A DNA stretch of 64,000 nt from Gemmatimonadota bacterium (lineage in GTDB: Bacteria; Gemmatimonadota; Gemmatimonadetes; Gemmatimonadales; GWC2-71-9). Of this stretch, positions 40,528 through 50,572 are shown in pieces. Location of the stretch: positions 1 through 64,000 of the forward strand of contig JBDHKN010000037.1 of the NCBI GenBank assembly GCA_039586365.1. Reading direction: 5' to 3'. A program made the translations under genes and the position numbers. How positions within the stretch are numbered: the first letter of the stretch is position 1; the number at the start of each line of letters is the position of its first letter. The notes below the pieces were generated by a model. The model did not search any database. It was not told the DNA's origin and was given only the letters and a program-made list of their open reading frames with translations.

Positions 40528-41040
40528 ATGACCAAGAGATCGAGACAAGCACTCTATGTCTTCGCGGGCTGCTACTTCCTTGCTCTAGCAGGAGCGACAG
40601 CGGTGTGGTCGGTGCGCCACGACGTTGCGCGGTTCCTCACACTGGAATGGTTCGGCGATCTGACAGCCCATCTGTGGTCCATAGTGAGCGCCGATCTATT
40701 GAGCTCCGTGATCGCACTGGAATTGGCTGGTTTGGTGGTCTTGGGCTATGTGTGGTGGCTGGGGGACATGCGGCAGCGCACGTGGCCACCAATCCTTAGA
40801 AAGGTCGCGCGCCTGCGCCGATTCTTGGCCGTGTTGGCTTTCCCCACCTACCTGTTGATTACTCCCGTGGCCTTTCTCGTAGCGTACCTCGGACTGCGCG
40901 ACAACATGACAGTCCGGGGAGCCGACCGCCGCAAGTTCCAGGATCCGGCATACACCGGCCCCGAACGGCGATTGGGCAGTGCCCGCCGTACGATAGAGCG
41001 GCGTGCATTCGCTGGACATGCTCGCTTTCACGCTGCCTGA
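40528..41040 (+). CDS. Membrane protein (3 TM)
   Basis: Three hydrophobic helices; C-terminal DRR..YTGPERR..RR motif. Confidence 0.75.
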   Translation: MTKRSRQALYVFAGCYFLALAGATAVWSVRHDVARFLTLEWFGDLTAHLWSIVSADLLSSVIALELAGLVVLGYVWWLGDMRQRTWPPILRKVARLRRFLAVLAFPTYLLITPVAFLVAYLGLRDNMTVRGADRRKFQDPAYTGPERRLGSARRTIERRAFAGHARFHAA

Positions 41041-41183
41041 GAGCTAATCCCCGAACTCGCTTCCAGCTATCGTTGGGCGCACTGCGCGACAGAGGTTGCC
41101 GCTCCTGAGGAGGAGGTCAGCTGCTCAGCTGACTGCGCTGACTTCACTCGCGCGGTGGCCGGCTTGGCCCGACGCGTAGGGCG

Positions 41184-42329
41184 CTAGCGATACAGTCCCA
41201 GCGTCAGGATGGCCAAGAGACAACCATTCTGTGGTGGGGGTAGCGGCGGTTCTGGCGGAGGTATTTCGCCACTAACCATGATTCCCACCGCGTCCCAGCC
41301 GTTCTTCACCGCTTCTTGTTCCAGGCTGTCGGCACCGTAGAGGTCGCCGGCGACCGCAACCGTCCGGTCAGCCACGACCTGGAAACCGGCCTGCGCACCC
41401 AACTCACCGTCCGTCAGTGTCCGGTACCAGATCAGACCAGTTTTTTCCCAGGCACGCCCCCCCAGCTCAGTCGCCACGAGGTAAAACGCACGGTTGGGAA
41501 TCCCCGAATTGATGTGGACACCACCGTTGTCCTGAGTGGTGCTTACGTAGTCATCCATGTGCCCAGGCTGCGGATCCCTGCCGAGCACCGGGTCGTCATA
41601 AGCGGTCCCAGGCGCTTTCATGGACCGAATCCCGGCCCCATTGACATTCGCCGTCAGCAGATCGGCGCCAATCAGCCAGTCCGCCTGGTCTGCCGACTGA
41701 CCCAACTTCCACTGCCGCACCAGCGACCCGAACACGTCCGAGAAATGTTCGTTCAGCGCTCCCGGCTGGTCTTGATACTCCAAGTTGGCCGTGTGCTGGG
41801 TCACGCCGTGCGTCAACTCGTGTCCGATGACGTCCAACGACTTGGTGAACCGATTGAACAGACGCTCGTCCACAGGCAGATCCTCGTCCCCGTCGCCGTA
41901 GATCATCTGTTGTCCGTTCCAGAAGGCGTTGTCGTAGCCCCGGCGGTAGTGTACCGTCGAGTCCACGCGCATGTTGTTCCCGTCGATGGAGTCTCTGCCG
42001 TATACCTGCTGGTATAGGTCGTAGGTGTCCCCTGAGCCGTCGTACGCTTCATCCACGGCCGCGTCGCCGCTGGGAGGATCGCCCTCCCCTCGTATCCTTT
42101 GGCCTGGCAGATCGGTGCCGAAATTGGCATTGTAGACGGTCCGCTCCTTTGCTCCCGGCTGGACTGCCGGCATCGCCTCCTGCAGGACTATCTGGCGCTC
42201 TTGCCTGATCTGGTCAGACGCGGCGAGGCTGGCCCTCGCAATCTCCTGTTGGCGCGGTGTGCCACGCTGCGCAATCGACTCGAGGATGTGCGGCGGAACG
42301 ATGCACTGAAAGGGAAGACGGTACCGCAT
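41184..42329 (-). CDS. Protealysin-like M4 metallopeptidase with C-terminal Pro-linker and hydrophobic tail
   Basis: Propeptide CIVPPHIL; YDNAFWNG; HELTH; GALNE; DNGGVHINSGIPN; tail PPPEPPLPPPQNGCLLAILTLGLYR. Confidence 0.95.
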   Translation of the reverse strand: MRYRLPFQCIVPPHILESIAQRGTPRQQEIARASLAASDQIRQERQIVLQEAMPAVQPGAKERTVYNANFGTDLPGQRIRGEGDPPSGDAAVDEAYDGSGDTYDLYQQVYGRDSIDGNNMRVDSTVHYRRGYDNAFWNGQQMIYGDGDEDLPVDERLFNRFTKSLDVIGHELTHGVTQHTANLEYQDQPGALNEHFSDVFGSLVRQWKLGQSADQADWLIGADLLTANVNGAGIRSMKAPGTAYDDPVLGRDPQPGHMDDYVSTTQDNGGVHINSGIPNRAFYLVATELGGRAWEKTGLIWYRTLTDGELGAQAGFQVVADRTVAVAGDLYGADSLEQEAVKNGWDAVGIMVSGEIPPPEPPLPPPQNGCLLAILTLGLYR

Positions 42330-42426
42330 GGGGACTCCTTTCTCAGTGACGTTGGTTGAGCGGCGTCCGGTGGCAGGAAGCGTGACTCACACTGTGGGCC
42401 CCAGCCTCAGCCGCGACGTCCACGCA

Positions 42427-42900
42427 TCAAGTTCTCCTGCGGGCGGCCCGAGCCAACCATTCCAGCAGAGGTCGGAGCGCTGGTGGCACGGCTCCCTCAG
42501 TCACCTCCACAGTGTGGCTCCGCCCTGCGATCTCAACACTCACCTTGTAGCCAAATTGATCGGCAGCGGCACCGGTGTCGTGCAGCACTGCTGGAAGGTC
42601 GAAGAACCCGGCCTCATCGATCAGCTGACGCAAGCGCTGTTCATCCTGCTGAGACAACGTGTCCGACTCGACGGTGGTTGCCAACACCAGCCCTGCAAAA
42701 CCACCCGTTCGCTCGAAGTGGATGCGCATGGTATCCCTCACCAACATACTCGCGCCCGGCTGGTCCCTTGCTACGTGGTGCTCGGCACTGGGCCTACAAC
42801 CGTGCAACGACGTGAAAGCACAAAGCCACATGAGCACCGACCCCGGCATCATGCACGCAGTGCTCAGGCAACGACCTGCCGCAATAAGCTTGGACTTCAC
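42427..42900 (-). CDS. Emfourin (M4in, protealysin inhibitor) with putative lipoprotein signal extension
   Basis: The core MRIHFERTGGFAG...GFFDLP...ADQFGY..V...HTV...P.L..L begins at 42729. The in-frame upstream segment ends in LMWLCAFTSLHGC. The start at 42900 is uncertain. Confidence 0.85.
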   Translation of the reverse strand: MKSKLIAAGRCLSTACMMPGSVLMWLCAFTSLHGCRPSAEHHVARDQPGASMLVRDTMRIHFERTGGFAGLVLATTVESDTLSQQDEQRLRQLIDEAGFFDLPAVLHDTGAAADQFGYKVSVEIAGRSHTVEVTEGAVPPALRPLLEWLARAARRRT

Positions 42901-43098
42901 GACTCCCAGCCCTCGCCGCAGCCAGGCGTCCTGGCATTCTCTTGCCCACCCACCGTCCCCCGGGGGGCTTCCGAAGGGACCGTGCGGTACGACAGGGCAC
43001 GCGCAACGAGCGAGCTGCCAACGACGACAGCTAATGGTACCAAGCGCATCCACAGTCCTTTCGGTGGGTAGTCCGTAGCACAGCACTGGGGCTGAGCC

Positions 43099-43332
43099 AT
43101 GGCTCAGAACTCAACGTATCTCGATGTAGCCACGTACGGCAAGCAGGAGCTGGTAATCTTCGGCGACTGGGTGGACCTGGCGCGGCCCTCTGGACCACCA
43201 ATGGATCTCTCAATCCCGCGCGCCCCACTCAAAGTGGCAGCGTCGATCCGAACCGCCGTGCGCGGTCGCGTTGTCCTCGGGAAATCGCACATCGCGCTCC
43301 CGGTGAATGATCTGGCCGCCGCACCACAATAA
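43099..43332 (+). CDS. Small hypothetical protein
   Basis: 77-aa ORF with ATG start, divergent from the emfourin gene. Confidence 0.45.
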   Translation: MAQNSTYLDVATYGKQELVIFGDWVDLARPSGPPMDLSIPRAPLKVAASIRTAVRGRVVLGKSHIALPVNDLAAAPQ

Positions 43333-43562
43333 CGTAGGTTAGAGCGGATCGGGCTGGGGCCTTGTCGCGATCCATCCTGCGCCGGATATGCGGACATCTG
43401 ATGAATCGGTGGCCCGCTTTTGAGACATTGGAAGCGCGGTGCGGCATTCATCCTGTGGGCAAACTCAGTGGGATGCAGCCCCGCGAACTCGGTTAGCGTG
43501 CACGGGTACGGGGAGAGGCAATAGTCTCAATTCAGCTGCCAAGGCATCAAGGAGGTAATCAG

Positions 43563-43931
43563 ATGCTGTGTGAGATCAAGGACGAGCGCCATAGGACAGT
43601 GCTTAAGGGGGAATTCAGTACGGTGTTCGTCGAAGTGGCCCAAGGCGGGCACGGAGTGGAGGGAGACCCTGACCAGCGTCTGACAAACCTGATTATCACG
43701 CCCGTGAAATGCCAGGTTGATGGGGGCGGTTGGGAGAAGGCCGGCAGCGTCTTCGTGAGGCTCGACGAGGATGCGGCCGAGTTCCTGGCCCAGGCACTCA
43801 TGAGGGTCTCATCTGGCCAGGAGTTGGGAGTGGTAAGGCCGATCCAAGCCGCGCTCGACGTGGGTCGCCAGGCCAGCTCACCGAGGAAGGACTCCACAAC
43901 CCATTCCAGGTGGGGTGCCGCGCGGCGTTAG
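43563..43931 (+). CDS. Hypothetical protein
   Basis: Perfect RBS aaggaggt before ATG. Confidence 0.7.
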   Translation: MLCEIKDERHRTVLKGEFSTVFVEVAQGGHGVEGDPDQRLTNLIITPVKCQVDGGGWEKAGSVFVRLDEDAAEFLAQALMRVSSGQELGVVRPIQAALDVGRQASSPRKDSTTHSRWGAARR

Positions 43932-44063
43932 CCACGGCGGGCCCGGTGTGACGTGTTGCGGGAACCAGCTCGACTCAATGATGTAATCGGCTGAGAACAG
44001 GCCACCCGGGACGGTGTGCTGTCGCGCCGGCCCGGCAATCGTCAGCCGTTCCCCACAGTCTGT

Positions 44064-44534
44064 TCATTCCAAGTCGTGCAATGTTATCAGATTCGTGATC
44101 CGCAACCTGCGTGTCGCAAACGGCAGCTTGACGGTGACGACTTCTTTTTTCTTCTTGTCCAACAGCGCTCGGCCGAGCGGTGACGAAACCGAGATCTGTC
44201 CGTCCCGTAGGTCGACGGCGTCAGGAATCACCACCTCATAGACCTCCTCTTCCTTGGTGTCGACATCCCTCACCGTGACCCGCGAGCCCAACCCGACTCG
44301 GTCCGCCGGGACCCTGGAGAGATCGACGTCCGACAGCTTGTGTAGCCGAGACCGCAGGTGCTCGAGGCGCGCAGCAATCACTCCCTGCCGTTCGATAGCA
44401 GCTTGGAAGTCCGCGTTTTCGCGCAGGTCACCGTGCTCGAGCGCTTCATTGAGGGTCGCTGGCAACACCACATGCAGCTCCTGATTGAGCGCCTCCACCT
44501 CCGCGAGGAGCTTGCCGCGAATCTCTTCGATCAT
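44064..44534 (-). CDS. greA: Transcription elongation factor GreA/GreB family
   Basis: Motifs HGDLRENADF.AA.E.Q, VGLGSRV and ISVSSPLGRAL. Confidence 0.93.
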   Translation of the reverse strand: MIEEIRGKLLAEVEALNQELHVVLPATLNEALEHGDLRENADFQAAIERQGVIAARLEHLRSRLHKLSDVDLSRVPADRVGLGSRVTVRDVDTKEEEVYEVVIPDAVDLRDGQISVSSPLGRALLDKKKKEVVTVKLPFATRRLRITNLITLHDLE

Positions 44535-45079
44535 AACACCGTCGCTTGATGAGGTTGAGCTTCAGTCACCCACATTCATCAGGCGCACGGCACCCCCTGC
44601 AGGACATTGCAGCTCAGAACAGCATTGGGGTGAGATTGTCCGGTGAACGATCATGAGCAAGGAAGAGCGAGTGAAGTGGAATCGGGCCTAGGCCAGGCAG
44701 AGTATAAGATAGGGGACCGCGGCCAATAGCGCCACTGGAGGTGACGGGAAGTCGCCGGCATCGGAGGTCAGTCGGTGAGTCATAATCCGGGTCAGTGCGG
44801 CCAATTCGGTTTCGCCCTTCGGCGATTTGGCCGAGTTGGCATCCCCCACCCTCTGGTATGGTGTTAGATCGTTTCTCTGGGCGTTGAGGGCTCGCTGCGA
44901 CCTCGCACGATATCCCACCAACCCAAAGGGTAAGACCGCGACCTCAAACCAGCCTATGTTCCCTGCCCCATCCTCAACGATTCCGATCGCCGGCCCGCAC
45001 CAAATCCTGGCTGCCGAATTGGCACCCATAGTGTTCGCTCCATAGATTGCTTTGGGTCACTCCCGATGCGGAGGAGCCG

Positions 45080-45184
45080 CTCAGTCGTGTTCCCCCACTC
45101 GGAGGTCGCGTGACCAGCAACTGAGGAAGAGTTCCCGGTCAGGGGGAACACATTGCCCGTCACCGGCCACGTGTTTCCTGTCGC
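45080..45184 (-). repeat. Degenerate 21-bp tandem repeat (about 5 units)
   Basis: Translates on the minus strand as ATGNTWP-VTGNVFP-LTGNSSS-VAGHATS-EWGNTTE. Confidence 0.55.
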
Positions 45185-45490
45185 CCAGAACGCAATCTCG
45201 GTGGTCGGCAACTCGTTCCCGGGCTCCGAGACCGCGAGCTGTGTCGGCCAGGCGGCGAGCTGACTGAGCGAGCCGCCGTTCCCGATAGCTCAGGAACCTC
45301 GGCTCGTGGCGCGCAACTGCCTGTGAAACAAGGACATAGCGCATCGGGGGTGGGTGGGTTGGTGGGGTCGAGGGTGAGTCGCATCCGCTGGCCAAAGGCG
45401 ACGTACCACAGCTCTGCCATCGTGCCAGTGGAGACGTCCTGTGTCGTATCAAGGAGAACCGGCGGCGCAGTCCTATAGCGGAGAGGGTAA

Positions 45491-46876
45491 TCAGTCCGGA
45501 CTGCCGACCCTTCGATACCTCCGGTCGTTGAACATGAACCGGGCACGGAGACCTTCCACAGTTCCATCGTCGGCGACTTCGAACTCGAGGCCCACGTCGA
45601 CAAGATCCATCAGAGTACCGCGGAATCGGGTCGTGCTGAGTGGTGTGAGTTGGAGCGGGGTGGGGTCGGACGACTCACCAATAAGCCGTCCATCCCGTTG
45701 CTCGATCGAGAATCGATCCTGATCCCACTCATATTCTCCGACGTATCGGGACAGGACCGCAGCATCTAACTCAACGGGCTCTGTTGTCGCAGCTGTCGCA
45801 TCCGCGGACGGCAGAACGTATCGGCCGAGAATCGCGCTGTTGCGGATTTCCCCCATCGGGTTATTGAAGACTTCGTGGGTCAGCACGACCACCATATCGA
45901 AATCCGGAAGCACGAAGATCTTCTGGCCGCCATGGCCTGACGCGAAGAAGGTGAATACCGAACCTGCCGCGTACTGGAAGTCCCCAGCCCACCACTGAAA
46001 CCCGTAGTTCGGCGATCCTTCGTTAATGATGTGTTCCCGGACTGATGCACGCACCCATTCCTCAGAGACGATCCTCGCTCCGTTCCAAATACCGCCATTC
46101 AGATACAATTGGCCGAGCTTAGCCATGTCACGGGGTCGAAGGTGCAACCCGCCATCGGTGTCGGTCATCCCGTTGTGGAGGTGCTCCCACTCGTAGTCGG
46201 TAATACCGAGCGGGCCCAACAAGTACTCCTCCGCAAAGCGGTCCGCCCGCATGCCGGACCTGGTCTCGACGAGATGCGCCAGTATGATGGACAGGCCACC
46301 GTTGTAGTTGAACACGGCGCCGGGAGGGTGGACGATCGGACGATCCAGCACGAATCGCACAGGATCGCCACTCCGGCTCGCACGGATCCAATCGTTTTGT
46401 GGATCGCTGTATGGGAGCGATCGCTCATCCCATTCCAACCCTGCACTCATCGTGAGCACGTGCCTGAGAGAGAGTTTCCGCTTGTCCGGATGGGAGAGCA
46501 GATCCTCGTATTCCGGGAGGACCTGGGAAAGCGGGACGTTCACGCCACGGTCATCCATCCCGCGCACGAGCCCCAGGTCAAGAGCAATGCCGAAGAGCAT
46601 GGACCCGACGCTCTTCGAGACGGAAGCCGTGTACTGGCGTATCTCACGATCGAACTCGTTGAAGTACTCTTCCATGACGAGTTTGCCGTCACGAACGATG
46701 AGGATCCCGTGTACGTTGGGAAGTTCACCCTCGGCAACGTCCCGGCGTAGACGGTCGAGTGGTTCGGGATCGAGACCGACACTCGCCGGTGTATCGGTCA
46801 CCCACTCATCCGTGGTCTGACTCGCGCACGCTGCCGATCCGCATAGGAGCAGGCCTAGGACCAGTCGCGATTTCAT
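45491..46876 (-). CDS. Secreted serine hydrolase (beta-lactamase class C fold) with C-terminal DUF3471-like domain
   Basis: SVSK (SxxK), VLTMSAG, FNYN, LRPRDMAKLG, SGHGGQ and RYVGEY. Confidence 0.92.
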   Translation of the reverse strand: MKSRLVLGLLLCGSAACASQTTDEWVTDTPASVGLDPEPLDRLRRDVAEGELPNVHGILIVRDGKLVMEEYFNEFDREIRQYTASVSKSVGSMLFGIALDLGLVRGMDDRGVNVPLSQVLPEYEDLLSHPDKRKLSLRHVLTMSAGLEWDERSLPYSDPQNDWIRASRSGDPVRFVLDRPIVHPPGAVFNYNGGLSIILAHLVETRSGMRADRFAEEYLLGPLGITDYEWEHLHNGMTDTDGGLHLRPRDMAKLGQLYLNGGIWNGARIVSEEWVRASVREHIINEGSPNYGFQWWAGDFQYAAGSVFTFFASGHGGQKIFVLPDFDMVVVLTHEVFNNPMGEIRNSAILGRYVLPSADATAATTEPVELDAAVLSRYVGEYEWDQDRFSIEQRDGRLIGESSDPTPLQLTPLSTTRFRGTLMDLVDVGLEFEVADDGTVEGLRARFMFNDRRYRRVGSPD

Positions 46877-47080
46877 TCTGTGCCTTCGCCCTCTTTCAGA
46901 TCCGCTAGAGTGTTGGGCCGAGCTTTGCTGCAGGAGGAGCAACCGTGTCGCTCACAGCATTCTCCGGAGACGGACAGAAAGATGTCACAACTCGCCGTCG
47001 TCCACCGGAGGCCCAACTCCTCGGTCAGGTGCGGCACCTCGTGCCCGCCGCCGCACGGTACCCTCACCGACGTTCGCGCG

Positions 47081-48019
47081 TTACCTGGAGTTGCCGAGAT
47101 AGCGCAAGAACTCGCTGTCGGTACTCAGCACCAGCACCGTGTTCGAGTCCAGGGTCTCCTTGAGAACCTCCATGGTCTTCAGGAAGCGGTAGAACTCCGG
47201 ATCGCGGGTATAGGCCGCCGCGTAGATGTCGGCCGCCTCGGCGTCGGCCCGGCCCTTGATCCCTTGAGCCTCGCGATAGGCCTCCGAGGTGATTTGTTGG
47301 AGCTCGCGTTCCTTCTCACCAGTGATCCGGGCCGCTTCGCCGCCGCCCTCCGAACGGAACTGCTCGGCGATCCGCTGCCGCTCGGAGATCATCCGGGCAT
47401 AGACTTCCTGACGCACCTGCTCGACGTAGTTGAGTCGTTTGAAGCGGAAATCGAGGATCTCGATTCCCAGATCCTCTGTACGGGTCTGCGCCGCCAGCAA
47501 CACCTCTTCCTCGAGCTTTGCCCTCCCGCTCCTGATGGTTGCGCCGGCCTCGTCCGCGGCTCCTCCGGTACTGTCTTCGGAGATCTCGAACGCCCGGTTG
47601 CTGCTGCGCACCACCTCGATCAGGTCGTGGTTGGCGATCACATTACGGGTCTCACCGTCGAGGATGTCATCCAGCCGGGACTGGGCCCCCCCTTCGCTGC
47701 GCAATCGCTGGAAGTACTTGAGGGGATCGGTGATCCGCCATCGAGCATAGGTGTCGACGTGGATGAACCGCTTGTCCCGGGTTGGCACCTCATTCGGGTC
47801 GCCATCCCATTCCAGGAAACGCTTGTCAAAGTAGTTGGCCTTCTGAATGAAAGGCAGCTTGACCTTCAAGCCTGGCGTGATGACCGGATCGCCTTTCGGC
47901 TCACCGAACTGGGTGATCACCACCTGCTCGGTCTCGCTGACGACGAAGAACACTCCGCCAACAACGAGTACGCCCAGCAGCACCACGATGCCGATGACGA
48001 CGATCAGCCCGGTCTTCAT
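47081..48019 (-). CDS. hflC: FtsH modulator HflC
   Basis: Motifs TQFG.P..PGL..KLPF, WRITDP and RMISER..IAE.FRSEG. Confidence 0.95.
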   Translation of the reverse strand: MKTGLIVVIGIVVLLGVLVVGGVFFVVSETEQVVITQFGEPKGDPVITPGLKVKLPFIQKANYFDKRFLEWDGDPNEVPTRDKRFIHVDTYARWRITDPLKYFQRLRSEGGAQSRLDDILDGETRNVIANHDLIEVVRSSNRAFEISEDSTGGAADEAGATIRSGRAKLEEEVLLAAQTRTEDLGIEILDFRFKRLNYVEQVRQEVYARMISERQRIAEQFRSEGGGEAARITGEKERELQQITSEAYREAQGIKGRADAEAADIYAAAYTRDPEFYRFLKTMEVLKETLDSNTVLVLSTDSEFLRYLGNSR

Positions 48020-49023
48020 GGCTTCACCCCCTGGGGCAGCGGCAACAGCGGCAGGATCCCCTGCAGAGTCTGGTCCAGCACGAGCTTCTGCTGCACGTTG
48101 GGGTACACGGACTGCATGGTCTCGAGATAGATGCGCCGGCGGGTCACCTCCGGCGCCCTGCGATAGGCAGCCAGCAGCTCGTTGAACAACTCGGCGTCAC
48201 CCCTGGCGCGGTTGACCCGATCGGTGGCGTATCCCTCGGCCTGCTGGATCGTCTGTTGGGCTTCGCCGCCAGCGCGAGGAATGACCGCATTGTACTCGGC
48301 CCTGGCCTCGTTGATCATCCGCTCCTTTTCCTGCTGAGCCTGGTTGACCTCGTTGAATGCCGCCCGGACCTGATCGGGCGGGTTGACGTCCTGCAGCACG
48401 ATCTGCTCCACCTTGATGCCGGTCTCGTACTGATCGCAGAGATCCTGCAGGCGGACTTCTACCTCCGAGGCGATCTCCTGCCGACCTATGGTCAAGACTT
48501 CGTTGACACTCCTGTCGCCGATTACCGCCCGCATGATCGCCTCGTTCATGTCACGGAAAGTGTCGGAGCGTTCCCCGGAGCCGAAGAGGTTTCGGACCTT
48601 GAACAGGTACTTGTAGGGATCGTTGACCCGGAACTGCGTAGTCCATTCGACCACGGCAACATTCAGATCACCGGTGAGCATCAACGACTCGTCGTTGAAC
48701 GCCCCCGGCGCATACTGCGTGCGCACGCCTGCGCTGGCGGTGCGGAAACCGAACTCCGCCTTGAGCTGGCGCTGTACAGGAACCTTGGTCACGGTCTGAA
48801 ACGGCATCGGCCACTTGATGCGGAGCCCCGGATCGGCCTGGCGGCTGTACTTGCCAAAGGTCAGCACGACACCGACTTCCTCAGGCGCGACCGTGAACAC
48901 CGAGCTCCAGATCAGAACGATGCCCACCAGGGCAAGGACGCCGATACCGATGGCCTGGGGGTTCCGTATATCGGTCGGCCGCAAGCGGCCGAGGTCACCC
49001 CACTTAGGTCGTTGCGACGTCAC
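48016..49023 (-). CDS. hflK: FtsH modulator HflK
   Basis: Motifs MLTGDLN, LQDVNPP..V..AF.EV..A.Q and PEVTRRRIYLETM; overlaps hflC by 4 nt. Confidence 0.95.
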   Translation of the reverse strand: MTSQRPKWGDLGRLRPTDIRNPQAIGIGVLALVGIVLIWSSVFTVAPEEVGVVLTFGKYSRQADPGLRIKWPMPFQTVTKVPVQRQLKAEFGFRTASAGVRTQYAPGAFNDESLMLTGDLNVAVVEWTTQFRVNDPYKYLFKVRNLFGSGERSDTFRDMNEAIMRAVIGDRSVNEVLTIGRQEIASEVEVRLQDLCDQYETGIKVEQIVLQDVNPPDQVRAAFNEVNQAQQEKERMINEARAEYNAVIPRAGGEAQQTIQQAEGYATDRVNRARGDAELFNELLAAYRRAPEVTRRRIYLETMQSVYPNVQQKLVLDQTLQGILPLLPLPQGVKP

Positions 49024-49524
49024 AAACGCCTCCTCTCTTTGGGATTGGCGCGATGATGTACACTTGCAGTTTAACCACTACACCCCCGGCCACAACCTGG
49101 GTGATTCTCACGATGGGTGGCTAGTTCTTCGGTTCTGCGAGCACTAGGTCGGGGATGATGTCGACACCGCATGCAACGGATTGGTGCAGTCGTCACGCGT
49201 CGAGAGCTCACGGCGCCCCGGAATTGGCGTGTTCGCTTTGTCGAGTCGTTGGGAAGCCAGTCTGGAGCGAAGACCCTCGATCGACCTTTCATGACCCGAC
49301 CTCACACCGAGTGGAACAGGGGCTGCGAAACTCAAGGTTGGGGGCCGCGGACCGAACGTATCGAACGAGGGGTGCCATGTCCCAGCGGAGAACGCCATAC
49401 GCTGGTCGCGCTTACCGTTAGTTGAACGGGACTGCCATCAGTCACGGACGCCATACCTCGATGATGCCTATGCCGACATTCGGAGTGGGCGGACTTCACA
49501 TGGTGGTGACCGGCTAGGTGCCGC

Positions 49525-50532
49525 TCAGGAACTTGCGCTCGTCGCTACAGCCGCCCCCGCGGCACACAGCAATACCGCTTGCTGCGCGGTCATGATAGCC
49601 TGCATGTCAATCAGCACTTTGGCTCCACTCAGGGTCGTCGCGTCCACTTCTCGACCTGCCAGTTCGATGAACGTCATGGCCACCGCCAAGTTGAACGTGG
49701 TTGCCCGATCGATCTTCGGCTTGATTCGCCTGAGTTCCTCTCTCTTACCGAGCACTGCGTCGACGATCCGATCGGCACGCAGCTCTAGGAAGCACAGGAT
49801 AGCCAACTCGTCGTAGTCGCGTTGATATATCCGCACTCCGTTTTGCCTGAACCCATCCTTCAGTCTCACTGCGCGATCCGCCAGTTCTCGTGGCGATGAC
49901 CGAGCTAGAGAGAGAACGTTGGCCATAGTTTGAAGTGGATTGCCTTTCTGAAACTTGTGGTGCCTCAGCTCGCCATGTATCGCTTCGGTCTTGTCGACCA
50001 GGTGCTTCGGTGTTCCTTCCTGCCCCGTCAAGATCGCACACGCCGGGAAATCATCGGCACCTGTGATCCAGCGGTGATGTCGTTTCATCTCATCGTAGAT
50101 CTCACGTAGCTTACGCACCCTATCCGGAGAGATCGCTCTGCCGTCGTTTTGAATCCGCAGAATGAGAACGGCGATCAACTCGAATGCGAGACTGCGTGGC
50201 AGCCGTTCTCCCCTGAACATCTTCCGCACCCGAACCAGTTCGTTCATGAAGGCCTTGGCGCTATCGCCGTTATGGTACAGGGTGGCCGCAACGACGAACC
50301 GGAGGTGGGAGCCCATGTCTAGGTTCCACGGCGACGCCTCCTTGAGAGAACTCTCCATGCGTCGGATGCCCCGAGCGATGGTTGCAGGATCTCCTTCGCT
50401 ACCCAGCGCCGCCATCGCAGCGTAACGAAGCCGGCGCGAACCCCTCCACCAGCGCCGGTCCTTCTCGAGCGCCTCGTACAGCGATCGGAAACGGGAGAGC
50501 GGATCTTTGGGGAACGCTGTTCTCGTCTTCAT
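49525..50532 (-). CDS. DUF4003 family protein
   Basis: IYDEMKRHHRWITGADD, FQKGNPLQ and an Ala/Ser-rich C-terminus. Confidence 0.8.
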   Translation of the reverse strand: MKTRTAFPKDPLSRFRSLYEALEKDRRWWRGSRRLRYAAMAALGSEGDPATIARGIRRMESSLKEASPWNLDMGSHLRFVVAATLYHNGDSAKAFMNELVRVRKMFRGERLPRSLAFELIAVLILRIQNDGRAISPDRVRKLREIYDEMKRHHRWITGADDFPACAILTGQEGTPKHLVDKTEAIHGELRHHKFQKGNPLQTMANVLSLARSSPRELADRAVRLKDGFRQNGVRIYQRDYDELAILCFLELRADRIVDAVLGKREELRRIKPKIDRATTFNLAVAMTFIELAGREVDATTLSGAKVLIDMQAIMTAQQAVLLCAAGAAVATSASS

Positions 50533-50572
50533 ACTGGTCTCGAGTTACCGGCTAATCTGTTGTCTGTCGTGG

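Noticed and set aside
46880..49056. Long plus-strand ORFs (416 aa and 266 aa), and similar ones at 12316, 15387, 37582 and 51039
   Set aside because: They are antisense shadows of well-supported genes, as expected in high-GC DNA.
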